This document shows positions 53,581 to 64,000 of a stretch of DNA of 64,000 nucleotides, piece by piece (positions within the stretch are counted from its first letter, which is position 1; each line of letters starts with the position of its first letter). Location: assembly GCA_965649825.1 (NCBI GenBank), contig OZ287704.1, positions 728,301 through 792,300 on the forward strand, in the 5' to 3' direction. The notes under the pieces are model-generated. The model worked only from the letters and a program-made list of their open reading frames with translations, ran no database searches and was not told the DNA's origin. This DNA comes from Penicillus capitatus (Eukaryota; Plantae; Chlorophyta). A program made the position numbers and the translations under genes.

Positions 53581-54100
53581 TTCTCAGCGATTTTTTTGCA
53601 AGCAAACAATTCCTGTACAAAAAACCTCGACGCGGTTCGTTGGCCGCGGGTGGTTAAATAAACAGACGCTCCAGCTTCACAGAAAGCTCCTGATATGATA
53701 TGCACTTTGAAAATTGTTATGTACTAGCAGTGAGCGATGGTGCTAGCGATGAAACAACGTGCCTTTACGAATGCCCGCCTCAGGAAATCTCCGATGACTT
53801 CACAGCAGCGCTCAGCAAGCAACTGGACTCTGTGTCCTCGAACATGGAAAAATAAAGGAAGACAGCATGAGCAACCTCCGCGGCGGCTGCTTTTATGATG
53901 TCATGATGAGGAAACTCACATGAGCTAGGTATGAATCTGTGACGTCATTTTCTGTGACGAAAACGTAGGTGAAGATTCCGCGTCGAGTCGGACGTCAGAT
54001 CATTCCATTAAGTGTCTCGTCCCATCAGTTTGTCGAGCGTCGTGAGCTTAACCCCATCATCTTGTTGAACGCATTTGACCGACGCGGGCACAACACAAAG

Positions 54101-54839
54101 ATGTCGACGTATCTGTTGCAGTTCGCGCGTTCGGTTTCGTTTCCTTTCGCCAGTCTTGCATCGTGGTACAACCGCGCAGCTGTCGCGGAGCCGTTCAAGA
54201 CGGCTGTTCTCACGAGTCTCGTCAAAACTTCGGCAGCAGATCTCTTCGCACAAAAAGTTGTGGAACGCCGCGATTCGGTCGACTGGCAACGCAATGCCGT
54301 CTATAGCACATTTGGATTCGCATACCTCGGATGTTTTCAGTATTACCTCTACAACGTTAAATTTGCGAAATGGTGTCAAGGCATCATCCACAACTTCGGC
54401 AAAATTGGAATGCCGGTGGTGAAGGTCGGACTCGATCAATTCCTACAGTAAGAGCCAACCCATCGACATCTCATACTTTCTCACTCTTTCTCTAGCCATC
54501 CGTTTATTTACTTTCCTTGTTTCTACCTGATTAAATCTGCGGTGAACGGCAAAGGCATTGACGATGCCTATACGAAGTACAAAACAGAGATCGTCGAGAG
54601 CTGCAAGGTATGAGAATCATCGATAAATGCCTGGCAAGAGTGAGAATTTGTGGATGTGATAGGCATTGTGGATGATCTGGCTACCTGGTCAATTGATTAA
54701 TTTTTCAGTCGTCCCTCGTCATCTTCGCGTTCCGTTCGTGGCCCTCGTGTCCTTTGGATGGACGACGGTGCTGAGTGTGATGCAAGCAAAATTCGATAGC
54801 GAGAAAGAAGGCACAGCAAGGCAACATATTGAGGCATGA
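54101..54839 (+). CDS. Mpv17/PMP22 family membrane protein
   Basis: PFKTAVLTSLVKTSAADLFAQ, DWQRNAVYSTFGFAYLG, KVGLDQF, WLPGQLINFSVVPRHLRVPFV. Two introns. Confidence 0.88.
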
Positions 54840-54973
54840 GTATGAGTGGGAATCAGGGACTGCTTCGGTGTCGACCTCCTCATCCGTTGAGATTCTTTAT
54901 TTGTTTTTGACGCAAATGTCTGGCGTCGGAGAGAAGAATATTGTTTGGATGGATTCGGTCACATTGCAAACAA

Positions 54974-56260
54974 TTAATCTGTTTTCAGATGTTTCTGCAC
55001 CGCGCCGTCTTCTCCAAAGAAATGCCACCATACAAAAGTCCACAAGGATCGCAACGCCTCTCGGGAGAGATGTTCTTCTCGCAGAGAGGCAGGGGGTGAT
55101 GTGACAGTCGTCGGCTGTAAGAAATAGGTATCGATGGCTGAATGCAAACGATGGGTGATAAGGTGTACAGGAGGCTTCCAGTCGATCTGTTTCTTCTGTG
55201 CGATGTCTTCAACCAAAGCAGTGACGGCGACATGTGCAAAGGGACTCCACTGAAAGGGCAGCAGACGATGGATGCGCTCACATGAGAGCCCCGATGTCAA
55301 GAGACAGTCAAGATAGGGATTCTTTGTCAACGTCACATCAACGGTGGAATAAATGATGCCTCGTGGCCAGTCAGCCTCTGGAGAGGCATGATCGACCGGA
55401 ACACATGTGGCAAGCATCAGAGAGAGCACTCTCGTCAAGAGGAACTGTGTCATCCAGAACGACATTTTCTGAGCAGCGATGAATTGCCAGATCTCGATTG
55501 CCACCAACATTCGAGCGAGTAAACATCCAATGAACTGATAGAAGGTATTGACAGATGGGTGCTTGAAGAAGAGGTGAAAGCAGCGCAAAGGTGTCCAGCA
55601 GGATGTGAGAACGGATAGGAATCCGAGACACGTGTCCATTGGAATGCGGAAGCCGCGAGGAAGCTGCTTCAATTGCGCCACGTGTTGCGGTTTGGAACAC
55701 ACCGTGGCAACGGTGGTCCTCGCTTCGCCTCGGTAGTCCATTTCAACAAGGTGACTGAGAGTCACGTTAAGCAGAGATGCCTTCTGAAAGGCGAAGCTTC
55801 TCCCGCTGGCGGCCAGGCAGATGCGCGTTGCTGCCATCCAGACCGCATAGGGGATAAGTTTAACATCTCCCTCCACTGCCCTCCAATGGAGATACGCTCC
55901 GAAAACAACGAGCGTCAACAGTACGGCGGCGAAGGCGATGTTGCTAAGGATAACAGATTCTCGCCACTTGTGCTCGGCGAGGTGCTCGTGCACTTCTTGC
56001 AAGAATCCGGTGTCGTCGCGAAAACTGTGTGGTCCGTCGACCGTCTCTGTTTCGACGGCATAGCAGGAAAGGAGTGCACGCAGACGCGAAGATTGGCGAT
56101 GCCGCGTGTGAAAAAGCGTTGAGATATCCTGTCCGCGTGTTCGATAAATAAAGACAGCACCGCCGGGATGGTGTTGGGCAAAAGACTCGAGGTCGTAAGC
56201 GACGCCATCAATCGACCAGTAACTCTCGGCTGTCCTCTTGGTCGCCGTCGTCATCATCAT
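54974..56260 (-). CDS. Cytochrome b5-fused fatty-acid-desaturase-like protein with degenerate His boxes (intronless)
   Basis: b5 domain WSIDGVAYDLESFAQHHPGG..QDISTLFHTRH, TM segments, and C-terminal DVTLTKNPYLDCLLTSGLSCERIHRLLPFQ. The likely start is the ATG run at 56260-56252. Confidence 0.75.
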   Translation of the reverse strand: MMMTTATKRTAESYWSIDGVAYDLESFAQHHPGGAVFIYRTRGQDISTLFHTRHRQSSRLRALLSCYAVETETVDGPHSFRDDTGFLQEVHEHLAEHKWRESVILSNIAFAAVLLTLVVFGAYLHWRAVEGDVKLIPYAVWMAATRICLAASGRSFAFQKASLLNVTLSHLVEMDYRGEARTTVATVCSKPQHVAQLKQLPRGFRIPMDTCLGFLSVLTSCWTPLRCFHLFFKHPSVNTFYQFIGCLLARMLVAIEIWQFIAAQKMSFWMTQFLLTRVLSLMLATCVPVDHASPEADWPRGIIYSTVDVTLTKNPYLDCLLTSGLSCERIHRLLPFQWSPFAHVAVTALVEDIAQKKQIDWKPPVHLITHRLHSAIDTYFLQPTTVTSPPASLREEHLSREALRSLWTFVWWHFFGEDGAVQKHLKTD

Positions 56261-57189
56261 CAGATATCGAATTGTATCACTTTCTGAACACGATGTTGGC
56301 GCAAATGCACACCCGCCATCTGCAAAAGAATGCGCGATGCTTCGTACATGGACGCATCCCTCTTTGTCTTCTCCTGAAGTCAATGGGAATGAATGCATAA
56401 GACGTCAATCGGTCAATGTGGTGGCAGGTGTACTTCATAGTAGATGACCTCACGGATGCCGGCCTGTATTAGTAGTTTAGCACACTCGCAGCATGGAAAC
56501 AACGTCACGTACATTCTCTGCACAAAAGAGAAAGTGTGAGATGTCATTGAAGTGTGCGTGAGAACTGGGGGTGACCGAGTTCTTGAGGTCGGCGCTGTTC
56601 TTGTTCAAAATTGCGTTGGCTTCGGCATGGACGACGAAGGGATACTTCGTGTCAAGGGGATTGTTGTTTCTCGAGCGTTTTGCCCAGGGAAGTGCCGAAT
56701 CTGGACATCCACGTGGGAAGCCATTGTAACCGACCCCCAAAATGATGTTCTGGTTGTCCACAATACAACTCCCCACCTACAGACAACGACGCCTTAGAAG
56801 TGCTCCTATCCTTGCTGCCTACCCAATACGCACCTGCTTACGCGGATCTTTTGATCTTTGTCCACTGAGAAAAGCCAGAGTCATGAAGTAATCGTCGATG
56901 GAAAGGTATCCCTTTCTCGCTGCGATATCGAAGGGATCGACCTCAGGCTCTTCCATCACCGTTGCACCGTTCCCGTGTCCCGACGACGCCCGAACAGTGA
57001 CGATCGGTTTCTTCGACGCCGACGCCTCTTCTTGTTTGACACCCTTCCGCTTTGTGCCCTAAAGCCATCGACGCGTCCATTCCTTCCGCGTCGCAAAGGC
57101 AGGGAGCAGTCGACGTTGAGAAACCGTTCGAGGATGGCCGCGATGCAAACAAGGAGGATGGAGACAGAGATACCAGCGACAAACGGCAT
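56260..57189 (-). CDS. DCTD: dCMP deaminase with N-terminal hydrophobic anchor
   Basis: [68 protein letters not shown]. Four GT-AG introns. Last exon 56373-56260 ends ..VIQFDI-TGA. Confidence 0.92.
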
Positions 57190-57739
57190 CGACGCCTCTG
57201 GTTACATGAATGTCGCACAGATCAACACAGTTGTAACGCCAATGTTGTTCATTTGCGCGAAGGAGCATCATTTCAGTGAGTCACAAACCTGTGAAACGCT
57301 GCTGTGCTCTTCAGATGACTAACAAGGAGGTAACACTTTGTGGAGAATTAGACAATTGCATTGTGTTGAAAACAAGGGAATGTGATGGCTATATGTTACA
57401 GACAATGCATGCTTTGTTCGCTGAGCGAGCGCTTCTTCCAAGCCGTCTATTGAAGCTTGAACATTCGATCGAAAACCAGATGGAATTTTTTTCTCTTTAT
57501 GCATTGTCACGGCGTTATTCCATACGGCGGCCTGCGTTTAGTTACTGCCAAACGGAATAAGCAGTCTGCGTCTCTTATACTTCATCAACTAAATCGTGTC
57601 TTCGAATCGGCCGGTTATAGTAAAAAAGACTCAAAGGATATGAAGAAACTAAACGTGAACGTGTATTTGTGCAACTCTGTTCACACAAACTTGGGTGTAG
57701 TAGATGGGATAGTAGGAAAAGAAAAGGGATCAAGAACAT

Positions 57740-58927
57740 CTACATTTGCATGAAATCGGTGTTGGCATCTGCAAACCAATGAAGCGGGCGACCAAATTCG
57801 TCAAGCGGACCGAACACGTTGGCAGGATAATCCCATAATGACACCCAGTCTGATACTTCAGTTGTAAAACTCTTAGCGGATGGTGGCACAGAATTCATCT
57901 CATGACGATGATCATGATCATATTCACAGCTGTTATTCTCGATAGTGGTAGACAACCGGCGTCGAACAGTTTCGGCACTGTACCACAGAAACAAGGATAT
58001 GCATGTCAGTAGGGAATTGGTGGATGATGGATGGTCACACTTACATCTTGTTTCGCTCGCTGGTCTCCATGTTTTCGATGCCTCTTTTTGTGGCGACGGC
58101 AATCTCCAGCAGGTTATGGCTCCATGGACAAGCATCTCCTCGGCGGCAGGCTCCCCTCACGAAGTCAAAGCAAATACCTTGTCCCCATCGTTTTACCTTT
58201 GCTAGACTGATGTCTTCCTCGATCTGTACATAGGGAAAAAATGAGATACTAGAAAAATGCAGACAAGCGAGCTGTACTTTGTAGTCCTGTGCAAAACTGC
58301 TGACGTCATGGCTAAATCTACACATCGCTCCTCTGTTGCAGTCGCCCCTTAAGTGGTCGAAACAGACTCCACGCTTTTTGGAATGCGTTTTTTCTATTTG
58401 GTCCGCATCGTGCAGGTATTTGCAGTTGTTACGAGCGCAGCGTCCTTGAACGAAATCATAACACACCGGGACTGCCTCTTCAGCTGAATGGGGAAAAGGC
58501 GACGTGGGCTCGGCTTCCGCATTCAGTGTGTTCGAGAGACAACTCAGCGGCGGCGGTGAAAGCGGACTATATGGGCTATGTGGCGAGGGGCAGGAGTCAA
58601 CATACGAATAGGTGTCAGAGGCAGTGAACCCTGCACCACAGTAGCCGTCAGGCCCGGGAGCCGCGCAAGGCAGACCGCCCATACCGGTGGAATCCATATC
58701 GTCCTCAAAACGCATTCTTCGTGGCGTTTGCTGTAGCTTGTTGAGTACCTAAACAACAATGGACACAATCTTGCGAAGTTCGAAGGAAACATCCGTCCCC
58801 GCGAAGGGACACGAGGATGACGAAGTAGAGATGAAGTTAGACGGAAGCTTACCGCGCACAAATCGAGGACATCTCCATGCTGACATCTGTCTTGCATAAG
58901 TCGAAGAAGCTCAAGCTGACCGTTCAT
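57740..58927 (-). CDS. CCCH zinc-finger protein (three C-x7-C-x4/5-C-x3-H fingers)
   Basis: CYDFVQGRCARNNCKYLH, CFDHLRGDCNRGAMCRFSH, CFDFVRGACRRGDACPWSH. The first exon is uncertain. Confidence 0.8.
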
Positions 58928-59766
58928 CCTACAACGCTGGCTTCGTTTGGTAATTTTTCAAAGTTGATGGCTTCGAGCTCCGTATGTTTTCCAAAAAGTA
59001 CACAATCTCAATTAAATAAGACAGCACGAAATTTCTATTCGAAGTCACGGAGGTGCGCGCTCTTGAAAACAACAAACAGGCAAGACGGACGCGCTTAAAT
59101 AATGAACCCGACGGGAAATGATGATGTAACCCATGTGAACCATGACTCATCGGCAGCGTGAATTTCAGTATGTGGTCGGCGTTGTGCATAGTAACCGCTT
59201 CCCTTTCTTCACGCGCCACTCATGATGCAGAGTAATTTCATTTTCAGGTCTCTGAAAACCGAGGACCGGACTATTACTGGATGTGATGAGGTATGACAGT
59301 GTGCTGATGCATGCCGACATCCATGCACGCAGATAGCTCGCATCGATGCGTGTTTTTTTTGCGAAAAATCGCGAGACCGGCATCATAGACACATGCGCCC
59401 GCGGTCGTTATGGATTTGTCGACAAACTTGCCGCGCGGCACGGACGCGTACAATAATGGTGCAGAACTCTTACCTTGGGTGTCTGGATGAAATCCCGCAG
59501 CGTTGACACACAGTTTCGTTTTCACTGGAGTTTTCTTCTACAGTCAAAAACGCGATGCAAACGCGTTGCAGAAAAACTTATGAGGATTCTGAATCATCAT
59601 GTTGAGTTAGCGGGAAGGTGTTTATATCGCGCTACAGCTTGCTTTACGTAACTAGATGCTGCATGATTTCTACGAAGGTTAATGAGCGTTTCCTCAGAGG
59701 AGATTCAACACGACACGGGCAGAGACCGTTGTCGACTGGGACACCGAACCGCCTATACCGAATGCG

Positions 59767-60387
59767 TTGCGGCCACCGACAGCATTCGGTTCTCACAGAT
59801 CCACAACCATGTGCTCAGACATGCTGCACCACGCGGTCGGCGGATCTGCTCGCCGTATGTCGACGTCGACGCGGGACAGCATGTTTTCGTACTTCTGGTC
59901 AGGGCATGCCACGACAGCGTATTTGATCGTCACATCCGACAGCAGGACAGGATACTTTGATGCGAATAGAATGGATGCATTGGCAGAGATGCTGCATTCT
60001 TGCTGTCAGCATGGCTCGTGTTTTGGCAGACGGCTACTTTGTTTATTGCGCTTTTGGCTACGAGCCGTGCCAGAATCGTCTGCAGATGCCTCAGCACCGA
60101 CAGCACATGCAGCAGTGGGTTTCGGAACAGAGAAAGGACGAGAGGACAACGAAAAGGAACCTTCCACGACCGACTTGCAGCAAATTCAGCCATCTTTCTG
60201 GCTTCTGCTGTCGACGGAATATTCTCGACGTGCAACTGGACATGCATGCCCATACATGAATGTTTCACATCTCGAGATGAGAGTGAACCGTGAACGGGCA
60301 GTGAGCGTCGAATCCGAAGACCGCCAACTAGTGGAAGAAGTGCATGAGCGTTTCAATGGGTGTAACCACCATTCCATTATAAACTAA
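59767..60387 (+). CDS. Hypothetical protein (unsupported ORF)
   Basis: 206-aa ORF with a TGTAA near its 3' end and no recognisable motif. Confidence 0.25.
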   Translation: MRPPTAFGSHRSTTMCSDMLHHAVGGSARRMSTSTRDSMFSYFWSGHATTAYLIVTSDSRTGYFDANRMDALAEMLHSCCQHGSCFGRRLLCLLRFWLRAVPESSADASAPTAHAAVGFGTEKGREDNEKEPSTTDLQQIQPSFWLLLSTEYSRRATGHACPYMNVSHLEMRVNRERAVSVESEDRQLVEEVHERFNGCNHHSIIN

Positions 60388-61634
60388 ACCCATATACTAC
60401 TATCCTTCTGTACATCGAAATCCATGGCTCCGCTGCGGAAGAAAGAAGTTCGTTGCCCTCGACGGACAGCAGCTATACCACGCGACCAAGACACGTATCT
60501 CGATATAGGTGAACGTCGACGTCATGTATTGTCTTCGATAGCTCGGTTTCAAACTGATGGCATTGTCGAGCGGCTTGCGGATTCGAGTGAAGCCGTCGAT
60601 GCGACCAATGGGATGAGCGCATTACTGTGAACAATGCTGTGCGCTCTCGGTGGACGATATCTGTCTGGAACAGAAGAGAGGAATTCTGTTTTCCGGCAGT
60701 CGATCTCAAAACAGAAGGACCTCGATACTGCCTTCAAGGCACAATTGTAAGAGCAACAGTCTTTAATCCCAGTCAGATACCGACCGTCTCCAGCCGATTG
60801 TTTTCTTTGCATGGGTGATTGTGGCCGGAACGTCCGACCTGAATGCGAACCCAATCTTTTCTCGAGATGCTCTATAAAAAGGGAGGGGATCGCTTTAGGT
60901 TGCATGTATGATCCCCGTGGCGTGGCGGATTGCCAGAAAACGTCGAGAAATCGAAGCCGGTGACTTTCTATTGGCACCATTTGGACATGCTGGTCCCATA
61001 ATTCGACATTGGAATTGTCAAAGGCATGCACGCTTTGCACATGATGGGATATTCAAACGGTGTACATAGGAAGCGATCTGGTTCTCATGGCAGTTACTGT
61101 TTTGGGAACTGGGGTTTTCTTTGTGGGGCTTCGATTTCGTTAGGGGCTCTCCTTCGGCGTTTCAAACATCGAATTCTGGCCCAGCATTATCTATATGTGC
61201 TTGCTCGTATTTGATGGTGACGGTATTGGATATCTCATCGGCGTTTCGATACTCCTTGCTGAGGGCATTGAACTTTTCAGGATCGCCTCGTCATCAAATG
61301 CACGACGTCCGACGAGACAATCCTGCCGAATCTTTTTTAAGCGGCAGCGTGGAAGATGACTTTCACGAATTTGCAACATTCAGTTTTGGTTTTGTCTAGA
61401 CGCGACCGTAGAACCACAGTGTGCTATGAAAGTGAGAATCATGCTGTCTGCAAGGTTCTTCCAGGCCGGAAACTGACAAGTCGATATTTGGCAACGCTGT
61501 CTACACGCATTCGATTCCGCGCAGCGTCGTGCTGCGCTGTCCACGTCACATCATTTTTCGCGTGTGCCGGTCTGAACCGCTTGAATACCGACCGACTTTG
61601 TTAGCGAAAGAGGACCGTCGTTGCCTCTAACGCG

Positions 61635-63077
61635 ATGGAAACAGAAGCCATGCATCCGAGTGGGTCGAATAGTCCTTTGCTGTCCGAAAGAGATGATACC
61701 CTTACCACGGACGTCGCCATCCGTACCATTAAGAAGCTCGATAGAAGGCTGCTACTCCTTCTAACGGGCATGGTGTTTCTCGCTTTTGTCGACCGCAGTA
61801 ACATTGGTTATGCTGCCCGTGATCTCTGCAATGCGCTGGATCTAACACATGAAGAGTATGGTTTGGGTGTGAGTCTATTCTATGGAGGCTACTTATCGAG
61901 TCAAGTGATCAGCAACGTTATTCTCAAGCGACTCGGCGCTCCGGTGTGGATGTCATTGATTATGTTTTTCTGGGGCTGTGTTGCAACTTCTCTGGGTTTT
62001 ATTCAGAATGCGACACAGTTTTATATTCTGCGTGTTTTATTGGGTGTTGCTGAGGGAGGAACGTTTCCTGCAATCTTTCACTTTTTATCACTTTTTTATC
62101 CAGCTGAGCACGTTTCTGGGGCTTATTCCGTTGTGCTTTCAGCCGTTGCGTTCTCCATGCCCCTCTCTTCACCAATTTCGGCCGCCTTGCTGACTTTGGG
62201 CGATCACATCGGCATCGCAGGATGGAGACTGTTGTTCATCGGGGAGGGGATGCTGCCAATTGCATACGCTGCACTACTGTACGCGTTCTTGGCAGAATCA
62301 CCAGAATCATCAACTTTCTTAGAACCAGAGGAAAAGGCGTGGATTGCATCAGAGATGGAAACTTATTACCGCACTTCATCCGACCCACCACTCTTGGCGC
62401 AGCTACGGACAGTCTTCAAAAGTGTGCGGTGGTGGTTATGCTCGACCGTTTGTTCTTTGATTTTTGCCATTTCAAGTCTTCTCATGTCCTGGGCCACACT
62501 CATTGTCCACGACATGCTATATGGCGAAGATGAGGAAGACGAGGAGGAGGACAAGACCTGTGGATCAAAAGAAGGAAACTCGGCAGTATCTGTCCTCCTT
62601 ACTGCCATCCCTTACCTATTCTCTGGATTGTTGTGTCTAGCTGTGCGATTCCACGGTTTAACCAACCAATCGAGATTTGTATGTGCCGTGACAGGTGCTG
62701 GCGGAATCATGCTTATCGTCTGGTCGGTTGCTCGTGAGATCTCGCTCATGCTTGGCTTCATTTTGCTCACGGTATCCATTGCATCTGGATTTATTACTGT
62801 CGGGCCTATCACTGCACTCGCTCTGGACACTTTTGACACTTCAACACATTCTACGGCAAGTTCTGTATACAACATGTTGACTTCCGTTGGCGCACTGGTT
62901 TTTCCACCCATCGTTGGTCGACTGATCGACGATTTTGGATATGGAGTGGCCGTGGCGGCGTCTGGCGGCGTCTGTGTCTTTGCTGGCCTTCTTATGCTGT
63001 TTGTGCCGGAAACTGCGGTCAAACAAGTAACAGAAAAGAACCCCCGACATGCCAATGGCTCACACCCCAACCCCTAA
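61635..63077 (+). CDS. MFS transporter, anion:cation symporter (tartrate/nicotinate permease-like), intronless
   Basis: KKLDRRLL..FVDRSNIG.A, EYGLGVSLFY.GY, RVLLGVAEGGTFP, GIAGWRLLFIGEG, and about 12 hydrophobic segments. Confidence 0.9.
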   Translation: METEAMHPSGSNSPLLSERDDTLTTDVAIRTIKKLDRRLLLLLTGMVFLAFVDRSNIGYAARDLCNALDLTHEEYGLGVSLFYGGYLSSQVISNVILKRLGAPVWMSLIMFFWGCVATSLGFIQNATQFYILRVLLGVAEGGTFPAIFHFLSLFYPAEHVSGAYSVVLSAVAFSMPLSSPISAALLTLGDHIGIAGWRLLFIGEGMLPIAYAALLYAFLAESPESSTFLEPEEKAWIASEMETYYRTSSDPPLLAQLRTVFKSVRWWLCSTVCSLIFAISSLLMSWATLIVHDMLYGEDEEDEEEDKTCGSKEGNSAVSVLLTAIPYLFSGLLCLAVRFHGLTNQSRFVCAVTGAGGIMLIVWSVAREISLMLGFILLTVSIASGFITVGPITALALDTFDTSTHSTASSVYNMLTSVGALVFPPIVGRLIDDFGYGVAVAASGGVCVFAGLLMLFVPETAVKQVTEKNPRHANGSHPNP

Positions 63078-63694
63078 ATAACTTTCAATCACTTTTACCA
63101 GGATTTTTGGTCTGCTTAGCTGTTGCTGTTACTAACTCATCTGTCTGCTATTTACGTTGCAAGATGAAAATCTCATTCTCATAACGAACGGACAACGTTC
63201 ACATACACAATGCATGCAGGTTGCACATCTAAGCATGCACGGGACGCTTCGGGTCTAATACACTTGTTCGTTCGTTCATTCCTGACGCTGCCAGGCTTTG
63301 ACATTCTGCGCAGTTGAGAGGAGTGATCCACATCTGACTGCCGTTTTTGGCAGAAGAAGGCATCATGGAGGAAGTCTACGGATGTAGTGATCACGTAGAC
63401 GCATCTTTTTGCGCATCTGCTGTTTACATGACACTGCATTAGTACTATGGCAATTTTTAGAGAGTCGAGGACGAAGGAGAGCGATCGCATTAACAAATGT
63501 CCAATGCAAGTCGGCGTTTCTTAAAGTGTTTACTTTGCTATGCCATTGAGGATACGCGGAGAATCTGTCCAACTTTGAAGAGTTTTGTTTTGCGGGATTT
63601 GGGAAATCGTCGTGGGCTCGATGACAATACGGAAACGGACATAATTATTAGAGGACCGGTCGGCGATGACTTATCACGCGTGTGATTGGGTTTT

Positions 63695-64000
63695 ATGCTC
63701 GTCGCGCATTCAAAAGCGGACCTGCTATGGAAATTCTCTTCGTTACCCAAAATCGCTTTCAGCGATTCCGCGTTCGGCAAGAAAATAATTGAGGAGCTCG
63801 ATCGACGCGTTTTGTCTCGTCGCGCTAAACTTGTTCTCCTTGCTTGCCTCGATCGTGGCAACGTTAGCTGCATAGCACGAAGTCGATGCAATGCACTAAA
63901 CTTGACGCGCAAAGAGTATGGGCACAGTGCGTGCTGTTCACTGGTAGCCCCGTTTCTGAAACCGTGGCAGCCAGCGTCTACTCAGCCGATTCGGTACACC
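63695..64000 (+). pseudogene. Degenerate tandem copy of the MFS transporter (runs off window)
   Basis: KIIEELDRRVLSRRAKLVLLACLDRGNVSCIARSRCNALNLTRKEYG aligns to TIKKLDRRLLLLLTGMVFLAFVDRSNIGYAARDLCNALDLTHEEYG. After 63920 the similarity (VLFTG vs SLFYG) continues only in a shifted frame, and two Arg fall in TM1. Confidence 0.65.

Noticed and set aside
56261-56398. 46-aa N-terminal extension of the desaturase-like ORF from ATG 56398
   Set aside because: That ATG lies in DCTD intron 4 and the extension overlaps the conserved DCTD last exon. The b5 domain begins right after the ATG run at 56260. It is kept only as the alternative model in the top finding.
58795-58810. GTCCC-TTCGCG-GGGAC hairpin resembling the 5' stem-loop of plant U6 snRNA in a 104-nt intron of the CCCH gene
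   Set aside because: No ACAGAGA box or other U6 sequence follows, so it is only a short hairpin.

Overview
Gene-dense eukaryotic nuclear DNA, inferred to be a green alga (Chlorophyta). The evidence is starch-degradation genes GWD1 and MEX1, a calredoxin, a BELL-class TALE homeobox, and TGTAA poly(A) signals after several stops. The genetic code is standard. I traced about 30 protein-coding genes by eye, broken by well over 100 tiny spliceosomal introns (mostly 43-63 nt), so the ORF track shows only fragments. Order: calredoxin (5' partial), bacterial-type alpha-2-macroglobulin, Aurora-like kinase, FAD monooxygenase, GWD1, choline/ethanolamine kinase, ARP6, TAF9, mTERF-like, AP-4 beta, orphan, FolB, CDPK-like kinase, nocturnin, BELL homeobox, GET4, MEX1, ABHD hydrolase, EEF1AKMT1, TPR protein, DJ-1/PfpI, SMC6, RPS2 (with a candidate intronic C/D snoRNA), three tandem SnRK2-like kinases, Mpv17, cytochrome b5-desaturase-like, dCMP deaminase, CCCH protein, MFS transporter and a degenerate tandem MFS copy. 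No transposon, CRISPR, rRNA or tRNA was found. Two leads stand out. First, dCMP deaminase ends in a TGATG stop-start overlap with a b5-desaturase-like gene that appears to have lost its catalytic His boxes, a candidate translationally coupled bicistron encoding a pseudoenzyme. Second, a secreted, intron-containing, bacterial-type alpha-2-macroglobulin lacks the thioester motif and carries a C-terminal EGF module. All gene models are manual reconstructions without transcript data, and family assignments rest on remembered motifs, not database searches.
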